From Dehalococcoidia bacterium (GTDB lineage Bacteria > Chloroflexota > Dehalococcoidia > Bin125), in the NCBI GenBank assembly GCA_963663895.2, contig CAXXRD010000005.1:32001-96000 (forward strand): a stretch of DNA of 64,000 nucleotides. The letters run 5' to 3'. Under the pieces are notes generated by a model, which saw nothing but the letters and a program-made list of their open reading frames with translations, was not told the DNA's origin and did not search any database. Numbering within the stretch: the stretch's first letter is position 1; the number at the start of each line of letters is the position of its first letter. The translations under genes and the position numbers were made by a program. Positions 1-10,084 of this stretch are shown here, in pieces.

Positions 1-322
1 GAGCTCACTGTGCAGATGGTCGTTGAGGGTGCCCTCGAGCTTGGCGTTCAGCAGGGATCTGCTCCCAGAGTCGATCGTGAACCGTTGTCTCTAGCTTGGC
101 ATTGGCTCCGCCCTGTGTCACGACCTCGGTCGTTGCGAAGGGCGCGTCCCAGCCGTTGGTCCATGCTCGTGCTTCCGATACTGGGGGAGCGCCAAGAGCA
201 GGCTGCCGAAAGCGATGACCAATGCGAAGGCGAAGGGTGCCATCCCACTTCCGGTTGCCTCGCGGACCGGGATGCACCAGGCGCCACAGTACGCCCCTGA
301 GATCGTAGCCAGGCGGGCGCGC

Positions 323-398
323 TGGTGCCCCCAGGGGAATTCGAATCCCCGTTACCAGCTTGAAAGGCTGGCGTCCTAGGCCTCTAGACGATGGGGGC
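323..398 (-). tRNA. tRNA-Glu (anticodon TTC)
   Basis: Reverse complement GCCCCCATCGTCTAGAGGCCTAGGACGCCAGCCTTTCAAGCTGGTAACGGGGATTCGAATTCCCCTGGGGGCACCA is 76 nt, folds as a cloverleaf, has a TTCGAAT T-loop and encodes CCA. Confidence 0.96.
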
Positions 399-564
399 TT
401 GCGCGTTGGGTGCGCCCGCTTGCTTTTAGGCTAGCACGTGCGCCGGCCTTTTCTTTTGTGACCGCCAACACGGCCCGGCCTGAGGATGCTTGCTCGCAGC
501 GGCTATCATCTTCCAGGCCGCTGATGGCCGACCCGTGGAGAGATGCCAAGAAGGAGAGCAACCC

Positions 565-1050
565 ATGCCGATCGCTGCCGGAGCCAAGCTCCCCGCCGAT
601 GTCACCGGCTTCGTGATGGAGAACGAGAAACCGACAGCGAAGACGCTTGAGGATCTCACCGCCGGCAAGACGGTCGTCATGTTCGGCGTCCCCGGCGCCT
701 TTACGCCCACTTGCGATCAGCAGCACCTCCCGAGCTACGTCCAGGAGCTCTCGAACCTGCACGCCAAGGGCGTGGACCAGGTGATCTGCATGTCCATGAA
801 CGACATCTTCGTCCTCCAGGAGTGGAATAAGGTCAGCGGCGCCGCGTCCATCCTCATGCTGTCGGACGGCAATGGGGAGATCACCAACGCGCTCGACCTG
901 GCTCTCGACGGCACGGGTTTCGGCTTGGGGCAGCGGACGACGCGGTTCGCGCTGATCGCGGAGAACGGCACGGTGAGCGCCATCGAGGTGGAGGCGAAGG
1001 CGGGCGAGTGCAGCGTCAGCGCGGCCCCCAACATCCTCAGCCGGCTGTAG
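565..1050 (+). CDS. Peroxiredoxin (Prx5/redoxin family)
   Basis: VPGAFTPTCDQQHLP peroxidatic motif; AAGGAG Shine-Dalgarno before ATG 565. Confidence 0.92.
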   Translation: MPIAAGAKLPADVTGFVMENEKPTAKTLEDLTAGKTVVMFGVPGAFTPTCDQQHLPSYVQELSNLHAKGVDQVICMSMNDIFVLQEWNKVSGAASILMLSDGNGEITNALDLALDGTGFGLGQRTTRFALIAENGTVSAIEVEAKAGECSVSAAPNILSRL

Positions 1051-1559
1051 ACGCGGCCGCGGTCGACGCGCATCCTCGCCTGCGCGGGCGTGACGCGCGC
1101 GCCGTCGGCGCGCTGGGGGATGTCCAAGCCACGCACCCGTACGAGGGAAGCTGGTACAACAACGCCACCTTCGTGCTGCCCCTGCTCGGCGCGATCGGCG
1201 TGCTGATCGCCTGGGCAGTCAGCGGCAGCCTCGAGCTGCTCGGGCTGAGCATGTTCCTCTTCGCCGTCACGGGCGTGATGCTGCCCCTGGTCTGGCTGAC
1301 GTGGCGGCGCACGCCCACGGTGATCGTCGTGCGCACGGCCGGTCTGGACGCCCTGCACCAAGGCCGCACGCTGCAATCGCTGGTGTGGAGCGATGTCACC
1401 GAAGTGCGGCGCGTCGAGACCATGGGCAATGTGCGCTGGTACGTGCTGGCCCAGGATGGAGAGCGCATCGCGATCGAAGGGGAGATCGCGGACGTTCCGG
1501 CGCTGCTTGCCGCTGCTCGGCGCCTTGCCGGTCTTCCCGAGGAGGCGTCCGCGTCATAA
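1008..1559 (+). CDS. Hypothetical membrane protein (two TM helices plus a small soluble domain); start uncertain
   Basis: Two hydrophobic segments followed by a beta-rich region; fills the gap between neighbours. Confidence 0.6.
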   Translation: MQRQRGPQHPQPAVDAAAVDAHPRLRGRDARAVGALGDVQATHPYEGSWYNNATFVLPLLGAIGVLIAWAVSGSLELLGLSMFLFAVTGVMLPLVWLTWRRTPTVIVVRTAGLDALHQGRTLQSLVWSDVTEVRRVETMGNVRWYVLAQDGERIAIEGEIADVPALLAAARRLAGLPEEASAS

Positions 1560-1662
1560 TGGCGTCAGCGTTGACGCCGTGCCGTTCCACGGTTCCGGGA
1601 AGGTCGTAGGCTGATCGCAACCATCCTGGTGGGTTCCCAGCGGTTCGTGGAGAGGAATTCCC

Positions 1663-1863
1663 ATGCCAGAGATCACTGTGTTCTCCGACGGCCCCTATCT
1701 GATCGATGCCGATGACTTGATCCTCAAGGATCAGGACGGCAACGCGATCCCGCTCGGTAAGGGGAAGCAAGCCGCCCTCTGCCGCTGCGGCCACTCCGAC
1801 AGCAAGCCGTTCTGCGACGGCACCCACAAGCGCGTGGGGTTCACGCACAGTCCCAATCGCTGA
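1663..1863 (+). CDS. CDGSH iron-sulfur domain protein
   Basis: LCRCGHSDSKPFCDGTH motif; GAGG SD upstream. Confidence 0.93.
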   Translation: MPEITVFSDGPYLIDADDLILKDQDGNAIPLGKGKQAALCRCGHSDSKPFCDGTHKRVGFTHSPNR

Positions 1864-2064
1864 TCGCGTCTCACGAGCGCGGCCGCTGGCCGTCTGCGCT
1901 GTTGCGTTCCCGGATAGGCCGCTCCGTCGGCGATCGCCGAACGTCTACGTAACGGTCGCCGTTACCCGTTCGTTACGAAAGCGGCGGCCCGACCGTGCTA
2001 CGCCGCGCCTCTACCATCGCTCTGGTAGCGCCCCCTGAACGGCGCCGCCGCTGGGAGTGTTGCC

Positions 2065-3285
2065 GTGCCGTTGGATCCCCGTCTCGTCTTCACACCGGAC
2101 TGGTTCAAGAACGAGTTCATCGGCGTCGCGGTGGAGCAGTGGATCGGCGTCGGGGCGCTTGTCGCCATCTTCCTCGTCGCGACGTTCGTTCTCCGGCTGC
2201 TGATCACGCTCTACGTGCGGCACGTCGTTAGCTCGACGAACCGTGACTTTTGGAACCAGGAACGGAAACGTCTCAACCGGCCACTGCTCCTGCTCGCGTT
2301 GGCTGCCACCGTCCTGATCGGCTTTCCCGTTCTCGATTTCGACTCCGACATCGAAGGTGTCGTCAATCTGATCGCGCGCGTGTTCGGCTCGATCGCGGTG
2401 GTGCTGCTGCTGTTCCGCGCGATCGACATCTTCGCGGACACGCTGCGGCAGCGGGCCGAGTCCACCGAGACGAAGTTCGACGATCAGCTTGTGCCGATCG
2501 TCCGCACCGCGCTCAAGATTTTTGCGGTGATCGTGGGCGGGCTCTTTGTCCTGGCCAACCTGGATGTCAACATCGCCTCGCTGGTCGCGGGAGCCGGCAT
2601 TATCGGTCTGGCCGTCGCCCTCGCTGCCCAGGACACGATCAAGAATCTCTTGGGCGGTCTCACCGTCTTCACAGACAAGCCGTTCGAGGTCGGCGATTGG
2701 GTCGTCATCGGTGGCGATGAGGGCACCGTAGAGGAGGTCGGCTTCCGCTCGACGAAGATCCGTACCTTCTACAACTCGAAGGTCACGATCCCGAACATGA
2801 AGATGACCGAGGGAGTCGTCGACAACATGGGCGCGCGTCAGTGGCGGCGCTACAAAAGCACACTGGGGCTGGCCTACCACACGCCGCCGGAGAAGGTGCA
2901 GGCGTTCGTGGAGGGGGTGCGGGCGATCATCCGCGCCAACCCCTCCATGCGAACCGACTACTACATGGTCGAACTGCACGGCTTCGGCGCCTCCACGCTG
3001 GATGTGCTGCTCTACTGCTTTATCCGCGCGCGCGATTGGAACGAAGAGCTGCGCGTCCGCCATGTCCTCAATCTGGACATCCTGCGCTTGGCGGAGTCCC
3101 TGCAGGTCGAGTTCGCGTTCCCCACGCAGACGCTGCACGTGGTTGAGACGCCGGAGCGCAAGCCCAGCTATCCCCCGCTTCCCTCGGATGCCGAGCTGGC
3201 CCGCACGATTGAGGACTTCGGCCCGGAAGGGAGCGCGGGCCAGCGCGTCGACCGGCCTTTGACGGCCGGATACGATAACGGCTAG
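2065..3285 (+). CDS. Small-conductance mechanosensitive channel (MscS family)
   Basis: GAGIIGLAVALAAQDT, DKPFEVGDWV and GTVEEVGFRSTKIRT motifs. Confidence 0.92.
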   Translation: MPLDPRLVFTPDWFKNEFIGVAVEQWIGVGALVAIFLVATFVLRLLITLYVRHVVSSTNRDFWNQERKRLNRPLLLLALAATVLIGFPVLDFDSDIEGVVNLIARVFGSIAVVLLLFRAIDIFADTLRQRAESTETKFDDQLVPIVRTALKIFAVIVGGLFVLANLDVNIASLVAGAGIIGLAVALAAQDTIKNLLGGLTVFTDKPFEVGDWVVIGGDEGTVEEVGFRSTKIRTFYNSKVTIPNMKMTEGVVDNMGARQWRRYKSTLGLAYHTPPEKVQAFVEGVRAIIRANPSMRTDYYMVELHGFGASTLDVLLYCFIRARDWNEELRVRHVLNLDILRLAESLQVEFAFPTQTLHVVETPERKPSYPPLPSDAELARTIEDFGPEGSAGQRVDRPLTAGYDNG

Positions 3286-3419
3286 CCGCGTCTCTGGGCC
3301 TTGACGGCGCGTCTTTCTCCGGCCTACGGGTTGCGCCCTCCTCGTCCCGGCCCGGATAATTACCTTGACCGGCGCTTGAGCGAGCGCGGGTTTCCTCAAT
3401 CCCTGGGAAAGGGTGCACC

Positions 3420-5286
3420 ATGGCCGAAGAGCGCGCATACAACGGCAAGATCTTGAACGTCCATCTGGGCTCTGGGGAGGTCACTCCGGAGGGGCTGCCG
3501 GAGCAGATGTATCGCGACTTCCTTGGCGGGTACGGGATCGGCGTGCGCCTGCTCTTCGATCGGATTCCCCAAGGCGCCGATCCGCTGGGCCCGGATAACG
3601 TGCTCGGCTTGATCTCCGGCCTCATGACGGGGACGCCGATCTTCGGCAACCGCTTCCAGGCCGTGTGCAAGAGTCCCGCGACGGGTGGCTGGGGCGACGC
3701 CAACTGCGGCGGCGATTTCGGCCCCTACCTGAAGTTCGCGGGTTGGGACGGGATCTTGATCTACGGCCAAGCGGACAAGCCAGTCTACATTTTCATTGAT
3801 GACGATGCGGTGAGCGTCGAAGACGCCTCGGAGTACTGGGGCACCGATGCGATCACCGTTGAGAAGCAACTCAAGGAGAAGCACGGCAAGAAGGCGTCGG
3901 TCGCCGTGATCGGGCAGAGCGGGGAGAAGCTCTCCTACATGGCGGGGATCTGTAATGATCACGGGCGGCTCGCCGCCCGCTCCGGGGTCGGCGCGGTGAT
4001 GGGGTCCAAGAATCTGAAGGCGGTGGTGGTCAAGTCCAGCCGCCAAATGATTCGCCAGCACGACAAGGCAGCCCGTCAGGTGATGCGCTCGTCGCTGGAC
4101 GACTTTGTGGCTCCGGTGCGCGACTTCTTCCGCTCCGTCGGCACCACTGGCATCACCGCCAAGTCTGCCCACAGCGGGGACTCGCCTGTGCAGAATTGGG
4201 GGGGCGTCGGGGTGGAGGTCTTCCAGGATGTCGCTGGCCTGAAGGGCAGGGGTCGTCAACGAGAAGATGGAGAAGCACTACGCCTGCTGGCACTGCCCCC
4301 TGGCGTGCGGGGCGGAGAGCGTCGAGTCCACCAACAGCAAGTACCCCTACCCGCGCCACACCCACCGCCCCGAGTACGAGACGATGGGCTCTTTTGGGAC
4401 GATGAATCTCATCAACGACCTGGACGCGTTGATCTACGCGAACCATCTTTCCAACGAGTACGGCATCGACACCATCAGCGCTGGGGGCACGATCTCCTTT
4501 GCGATCGAGTGCTTCGAGAACGGCATCCTGACCGAGGAGGATACGGACGGTCTCGAGCTGCGTTGGGGCAACGACGAGGCGATGATCGAGTTGCTCAAGA
4601 TGATCGGCGAGCGCCGCGGCATCGGGGATGTGCTCGCAGACGGGGTGAAGGTGGCCGCGGAAAAGATCGGGAAAGGGTCCGAGCGGTATGCGATGCACAT
4701 CGGTGGCGAAGAGCTGCCGATGCACGACCCGAAGCTGCAGCCGGAGTACTTTACCGCTTACAAGATCGACCCGACTCCCGCGCGTCACACCCAGTACGAG
4801 GGTGCAAAAAACTTGGGAGTGCGGTTCCCGCGGGCTCCCAAGGATCGGCAGGATTACACCAGCCGGGGCGAGCACCACAAAGGTGCCGCGGAATACATGC
4901 ACGTCGTCAATGCGACGGGCATGTGCATGTTCATCATGTCGGCTGCGCCGACGGATCGGTTCCCCGAATGGATCAATCAGGTCACCGATTGGGGTATCAC
5001 GGCCGAAGAGCTGCAGAAGGCGGGCGAGCGGATCGGGAATCTGCGGATGGCCTTTGAGGTGCGTGAGGGCAACAACCCGGCGAAGCGCGCGGTGCCCGCG
5101 CGCGTGACCGGGGCCGGCGATGCCGCGCAAACCGTGGGCCCGCTGGAAGGCGTGATGATCGACGTGGATACGATGCAGCGGGACTTCCTGGCGGCTTGTG
5201 ACTGGGATCAGGAGACCACGCTACCCAGTCGCGCGAAGCTGGAGGAGCTTGGCCTGAAGGATGTCGCGGATGTCGTCCATGCCTAG
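3420..5286 (+). pseudogene. Aldehyde:ferredoxin oxidoreductase (W/Mo AOR family), split by a +1 frameshift near 4250 (pseudogene or sequencing error)
   Basis: N-half has KSPATGGWGDANCGG and RSGVGAVMGSKNLKAV; C-half (4267..5286) has CWHCPLAC, PEYET and GIDTIS; the halves join if one G is removed from the run at 4249-4252. Confidence 0.88.
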
Positions 5287-5391
5287 GCCGACACCGCGGT
5301 GATCCCGCTGCCCTGATCCCCGCCGAGAGTGCGCCCGCTGGGACGCGCTCTATACTGCTGCTGCTGTTAGTACTTGGCGAAGGGAGTCTCA

Positions 5392-6291
5392 ATGGCCGAC
5401 CCGAAAGTCATCCTGATTACAGGCACGTCCACCGGCATTGGCGCGGATACCGCGCGTGAACTGGCCGCTCGCGGCCACCATGTTATCGCTACGATGCGGA
5501 ATCCCGATCGGGATGGTCCGCGGGTGCAGGCCGGATTCGAGGCGAGCATGGACGTGGCTCGGTGCGATGTCACCGACCAGTCCAGCATTGATGCGGCATT
5601 CGCACTCACGCAGGAGAAGTACGGGCGGCTGGACGCGCTGGTGAACAACGCCGGCTACACGACCTATGGCGCCGTTTTGGAGCAGACCGAGGAGGAGATC
5701 CATCGGGTCTTTGATACGAATCTCTACGGCGTGGTCCGGATGATGCGCGCTGCCGTGCCGATTATGCGGGAGAGCGGGGGCGGCAAGATCCTCAATGTCA
5801 CCTCGATCGCCGCGCGCCTGATCGGCCCCTTGTTTGGCGTCTATTGCGCGACGAAGACTGGCTTGGAAGCTGTCTCTGAGGCGACTCGCTACGAGCTCGC
5901 CCGGCACGGCATCCAGGTCTGTCTGGTCGCGCCCGGGATCGTCAAGACGGACAACCAGTGGCGGTCGTTCGACACGTCGAACGCCTTCAACGACGGGGTC
6001 AGCGAGTATCAGGAGACCATGCAAGGCATGCTTGACGAGGTGCGGAAGGTCGCGTCCGGCCGGCCCGGAGGCCGTCTGAACGCCGTGCAGATGGCAGACC
6101 TGATCGAGATCGACGAGCAGCCGCTGCCTCTGCGTGTCCCCGTCGGCGAGGACACGATCCGGGCGTTCGCGAACCGGGCGGCGATGAGCGATGACGAGTG
6201 GGAAACCATGCTCTGGACCACGGACCAGGAAGGCTATCCCTTCGGATTCTTCAAGAACGAGCGGGCCGCGCGCGCCCAGCACTTCGGCTAG
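5392..6291 (+). CDS. SDR family oxidoreductase (paralog 1)
   Basis: TGTSTGIG, NNAG and YCATK motifs. Confidence 0.93.
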   Translation: MADPKVILITGTSTGIGADTARELAARGHHVIATMRNPDRDGPRVQAGFEASMDVARCDVTDQSSIDAAFALTQEKYGRLDALVNNAGYTTYGAVLEQTEEEIHRVFDTNLYGVVRMMRAAVPIMRESGGGKILNVTSIAARLIGPLFGVYCATKTGLEAVSEATRYELARHGIQVCLVAPGIVKTDNQWRSFDTSNAFNDGVSEYQETMQGMLDEVRKVASGRPGGRLNAVQMADLIEIDEQPLPLRVPVGEDTIRAFANRAAMSDDEWETMLWTTDQEGYPFGFFKNERAARAQHFG

Positions 6292-6348
6292 CGTTGACGA
6301 TCAACACGGCTGCGCCGGCTGTCCGCAACCATGACGGGAGCGACCTCC

Positions 6349-7236
6349 ATGGCTGATCCGCAAGTCGTTCTGATCACCGGCGCTTCGCAGGGATTCGGCG
6401 CCGCCACCGCGCGAGAGCTCGCCGAGCGCGGCCACACAGTCATCGCGACCATGCGCAACCCCGACCGCGATGCGCCGGCTCTCGTCGAAGGATATGCGGG
6501 CCGCATCTCCCCCCAGCGGCTCGACGTGACGGACGCGGGCACGATCAGCGCCGCCGTCTCCGCCGCCCTGGACCAACACGGCCGGATCGATGCCCTGATC
6601 AACAATGCCGGCGTGAGCCTCTTCGGCGCCGTGGAAGAGATCACGGATGCAGAACTCCATCACATCTTGGACGTCAACGTGGTTGGCGCGATGCGCGTGA
6701 TCGGCGCCGTCGCTCCCAGCATGCGCGCGCGATGCAGCGGCAAGATTATCAACGTCTCCTCCGTGGCGGGGCTGATCGGCGGCCCCGCAGTGGGTGCCTA
6801 CTGCGCCTCCAAGTTCGCGCTCGAGGCGATCACGGAAGCGCTCCGCTATGAGATGCAGCCTTGGAGCATCCAGGTTGTCGCCGTGGAGCCGGGGGTCGTC
6901 AATACGGAGATGCTTCACGGCAATCTCTCCGCTATCGCGAGCGTTCGCGAGGGCCGCAGTAGGTACCAAGGCCCCGTCGAGGCCCTCATCAAGGGCCTCC
7001 GGGCCGCTGCCAACCGCCGCCAGGGCCCGCGCAGCGTCGCTTCCCAGCTCGCCGATCTGGTCGAGATCGCCGAGCCGCTGCCCCTGCGCGTCCCCATCGG
7101 GGACGACGCGATCCGCATCAGCCAGCAGCGCGGCTTGATGACGGACGACGAGTGGGAGGGGTTCCTCACCTCTTTGCGAGACGAAGGCTTCCCCGGATCC
7201 TACTTTCAGGCCGTCGAAGAGCAGGGCGTCGGATAG
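6349..7236 (+). CDS. SDR family oxidoreductase (paralog 2)
   Basis: TGASQGFG, NNAG and YCASK motifs. Confidence 0.93.
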   Translation: MADPQVVLITGASQGFGAATARELAERGHTVIATMRNPDRDAPALVEGYAGRISPQRLDVTDAGTISAAVSAALDQHGRIDALINNAGVSLFGAVEEITDAELHHILDVNVVGAMRVIGAVAPSMRARCSGKIINVSSVAGLIGGPAVGAYCASKFALEAITEALRYEMQPWSIQVVAVEPGVVNTEMLHGNLSAIASVREGRSRYQGPVEALIKGLRAAANRRQGPRSVASQLADLVEIAEPLPLRVPIGDDAIRISQQRGLMTDDEWEGFLTSLRDEGFPGSYFQAVEEQGVG

Positions 7237-7264
7237 CCGCCTCCAGGCTGGGAGGGGTCCGCTG

Positions 7265-8176
7265 ATGGAAGTCGCTGAGAAGCTCGCTCCGCGTGTCGTC
7301 ATCGTCACGGGCGCCTCCCGCGGTGTCGGCCGCGAGACCGCCCGTGAACTTGCCTTTCGCGGCCATCAAGTCGTCGCGACCATGCGCAATCCGGACCGTG
7401 ACGGTCCTGCCGTGGTGCAGGGCTTCGAAAGCCATATCCGAGTCATCGCCTGCGATATCACGAGCCGCGACGCGACAGAGGCCGCTGCCGCTTTCGCTCT
7501 GGAGCAACACGGCCGCATCGACGCCCTGGTAAACAACGCGGCGCTGCTCCTCATCGGCGCGATTGAAGAGGTCGTGGATCAGGAGATTCACAGCCTCTTC
7601 AATACGAATCTCACGGGTCAGATGCGCATGACGCAGGCCGTTCTGCCAGCGATGCGCCGGCAACAGGGCGGCAAGATCATCACGGTGTCTTCACTGGCCG
7701 GGCGCATCGCCGGGCCTGCTTTCGGCAGCTACTGCGCCTCCAAGTGGGCGCTGGAAGGGCTCATGGAATCGCTGCGCTACGAACTTGCGCCCCTCGGCAT
7801 CGAAGTCAGCCTCATCACGATGGGCGCCTATCGGACGGAGATGCAGTTCAAGAGCACCTTCGTCACCCAAAAGCTGCAGGACGGTACGAGTGTCTACCAA
7901 GCGCCCTGCGAGGCCTTCATTGAGGGAGAGAAGGTCCGCGCCAACCTCAATCCCGGTGTACGCACCGTGGCCTGCAACATCGCTGACGCCGTCGAGTTCC
8001 CGGACCCCTTGGCTCTGCACATCCCCGTTGGCTTCGACGTGCACCGCGTGATGCCCCTTCGCGAGCGCATGAGCTACGACGAATTCGAGGCGATGATCAG
8101 CGGCATGCGCAACGAAGGCTTCCCGGGGTCCTGGTTCGGTACGATCGAGGAGAATCCGCCCGTCCCCGTCGCTTAG
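7265..8176 (+). CDS. SDR family oxidoreductase (paralog 3)
   Basis: TGASRGVG, NNAA and YCASK motifs. Confidence 0.93.
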   Translation: MEVAEKLAPRVVIVTGASRGVGRETARELAFRGHQVVATMRNPDRDGPAVVQGFESHIRVIACDITSRDATEAAAAFALEQHGRIDALVNNAALLLIGAIEEVVDQEIHSLFNTNLTGQMRMTQAVLPAMRRQQGGKIITVSSLAGRIAGPAFGSYCASKWALEGLMESLRYELAPLGIEVSLITMGAYRTEMQFKSTFVTQKLQDGTSVYQAPCEAFIEGEKVRANLNPGVRTVACNIADAVEFPDPLALHIPVGFDVHRVMPLRERMSYDEFEAMISGMRNEGFPGSWFGTIEENPPVPVA

Positions 8177-8237
8177 TAGTCCGCGTTCAGTAGCGCGGAG
8201 CCGGTGGTGTGCGCCGGCGAACGCTTGAAGGAGCCTC

Positions 8238-9128
8238 ATGGCCAGTCCTCAAGTCGTCATCATCACCGGCAGCTCCAGCGGTTTTGGCGCCGCCGCGGCG
8301 CGGGAGCTCGCGGTCCGAGGCCACCATGTGATCGCCACCATGCGCGACCCCGATCGCAGTGGCGCCGCCGTCGCGCAGTCAATGGGCGACAACCTCGAGA
8401 TCCACCGTCTTGATGTCAGGGACCGGGCCTCGATCGACGCTGTCGTTGCGATGGCGCTTGGGCGGCACGGCCGGATCGACGCGCTGGTGAACAACGCGGG
8501 CTACCTCTTGTTGGGCGCCGTTGAGGACCTTGACGAGGACGAGCTTGTCAGCCAGCTCGACACCAACATGATCGGCAGCGTGCGCACGGCGCAAGCGGTC
8601 CTGCCTGCCATGCGCCAGCGGAGGACGGGCAAGATCATCAACGTTTCCTCGGTCGCCGGCCGCATGACCGGTCCCGCCTTCGGTGCCTACTGCGCCTCCA
8701 AGTGGGCGCTCGAAGCGATGAGCGAGGCGCTCCGTTTTGAGGTTGCCCCCTGGGGGATCGATGTCGTGATCGTCGAGCCGGGGACGCAGCACACTGGGGC
8801 GCAGTTCGACAACATGGTGCTCGCCCGCAGGCTTCGGGAAGGCGCCAGCCCCTATGCCGGCCCTTGCAATGCGCTCGTCCAAGGGCACCAAGGGTATGCC
8901 GGCCAGCGACCCGGCCCCCGTACCGTCGGTTCCATGATCGCCGACTTGGTCGAGACCGTTGACCCGCTTCCTCTCCGTCTTCCCATCGGCGACGAAGCTG
9001 CTCTCGTCTTGGGGATGCGCGCTCGTATGTCGGACGAGGAGTTTGAAGAGGCGATGCGGACGATGGACAACGATGGCTTTCCCGGCGCCTACTTCAAGGC
9101 GGTCCGCTCGGAAGCCCCTCCGTCGTAG
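8238..9128 (+). CDS. SDR family oxidoreductase (paralog 4)
   Basis: TGSSSGFG, NNAG and YCASK motifs; AAGGAG SD. Confidence 0.93.
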   Translation: MASPQVVIITGSSSGFGAAAARELAVRGHHVIATMRDPDRSGAAVAQSMGDNLEIHRLDVRDRASIDAVVAMALGRHGRIDALVNNAGYLLLGAVEDLDEDELVSQLDTNMIGSVRTAQAVLPAMRQRRTGKIINVSSVAGRMTGPAFGAYCASKWALEAMSEALRFEVAPWGIDVVIVEPGTQHTGAQFDNMVLARRLREGASPYAGPCNALVQGHQGYAGQRPGPRTVGSMIADLVETVDPLPLRLPIGDEAALVLGMRARMSDEEFEEAMRTMDNDGFPGAYFKAVRSEAPPS

Positions 9129-9131
9129 CGG

Positions 9132-9974
9132 CTAGCTTGGCGTCCAGGTCACGAGCACGATGGTATCCACCGGCCCTTTGAGCGCGTAGCCGTCGTCGCG
9201 CGCGACAAGATGATCGCCGATCACCTGTCGCAACAGACGCGCTTTATCCGATCCTGCACGCAGCCACAGCCGCCGGCGGGCATCGCTGGTCGCCGCCTCC
9301 CACGAGTCGAAGCCCCAGGCACGTTCGGTGATCTTTCGCAGCGCGGGGCGACGGCCGCGCGCTTCCAATAGACGCAGGAACTCAGGCAGCGCCGGCAACG
9401 GCGCGTAGGGCGATCCGTGGACGGCCTTCCACAAGCCTGCGAACGCTGCTCCCGGTGCGCGATCGAGCAGGAGCGCGACGCAAAGCCGTTTCGCCGCCGC
9501 CTCGAACGCTTCAAGGAAAGGGCCGATCGCCTCAACGTCGTAGCCGACGTGGGTGATCAACGCGACGTCCGCTTGCAGCGCGCGCTGGAGGGGCCAGCGT
9601 TCGCCGATCAGATCGAGGTTCTCGATGCCGTGCTGGGCGCGCACCTCCTCCAGCACCGTCCGCATCGCCTCACTGGGCTCGACGGCGACGACCCGCCGGA
9701 CATGGCGGGCCAGCGCCAGCGTGAAGCGGCCGCCTCCTGCGCCGACATCAAGCCAGGTCTCCTGGGGCTGCGCCAGCGCCAGCAGGGCGTTAAGGCAGGC
9801 ATCGTCCCTGCGGGTGGGATCGGCACGGAATCTCTCGGCGATGGGTGCGTAGAAGTCACTGCCGTCGTCCCGCTCGGCGAGGCGCTCCACCTGTGCGTTG
9901 TTGGCGCGCACGCGGGCTCTCCAGTCGGCGAGGCAGAGCGGGTAGTCCGGCATGCTTGTGCTCCCGCTGGTCAT
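9132..9974 (-). CDS. Class I SAM-dependent methyltransferase
   Basis: WLDVGAGGG motif I and VVAVEPS; start approximate. Confidence 0.85.
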   Translation of the reverse strand: MTSGSTSMPDYPLCLADWRARVRANNAQVERLAERDDGSDFYAPIAERFRADPTRRDDACLNALLALAQPQETWLDVGAGGGRFTLALARHVRRVVAVEPSEAMRTVLEEVRAQHGIENLDLIGERWPLQRALQADVALITHVGYDVEAIGPFLEAFEAAAKRLCVALLLDRAPGAAFAGLWKAVHGSPYAPLPALPEFLRLLEARGRRPALRKITERAWGFDSWEAATSDARRRLWLRAGSDKARLLRQVIGDHLVARDDGYALKGPVDTIVLVTWTPS

Positions 9975-10084
9975 TCGATTGCCCGCCCTGCGGCGGCCGG
10001 CCCGGCGAGCGGAGATGCGCGACTCCACTGACGCGACCGCGCTACGGTAAGGGGGCGGCTCAGCTACAATTACTGGAGCATCTT

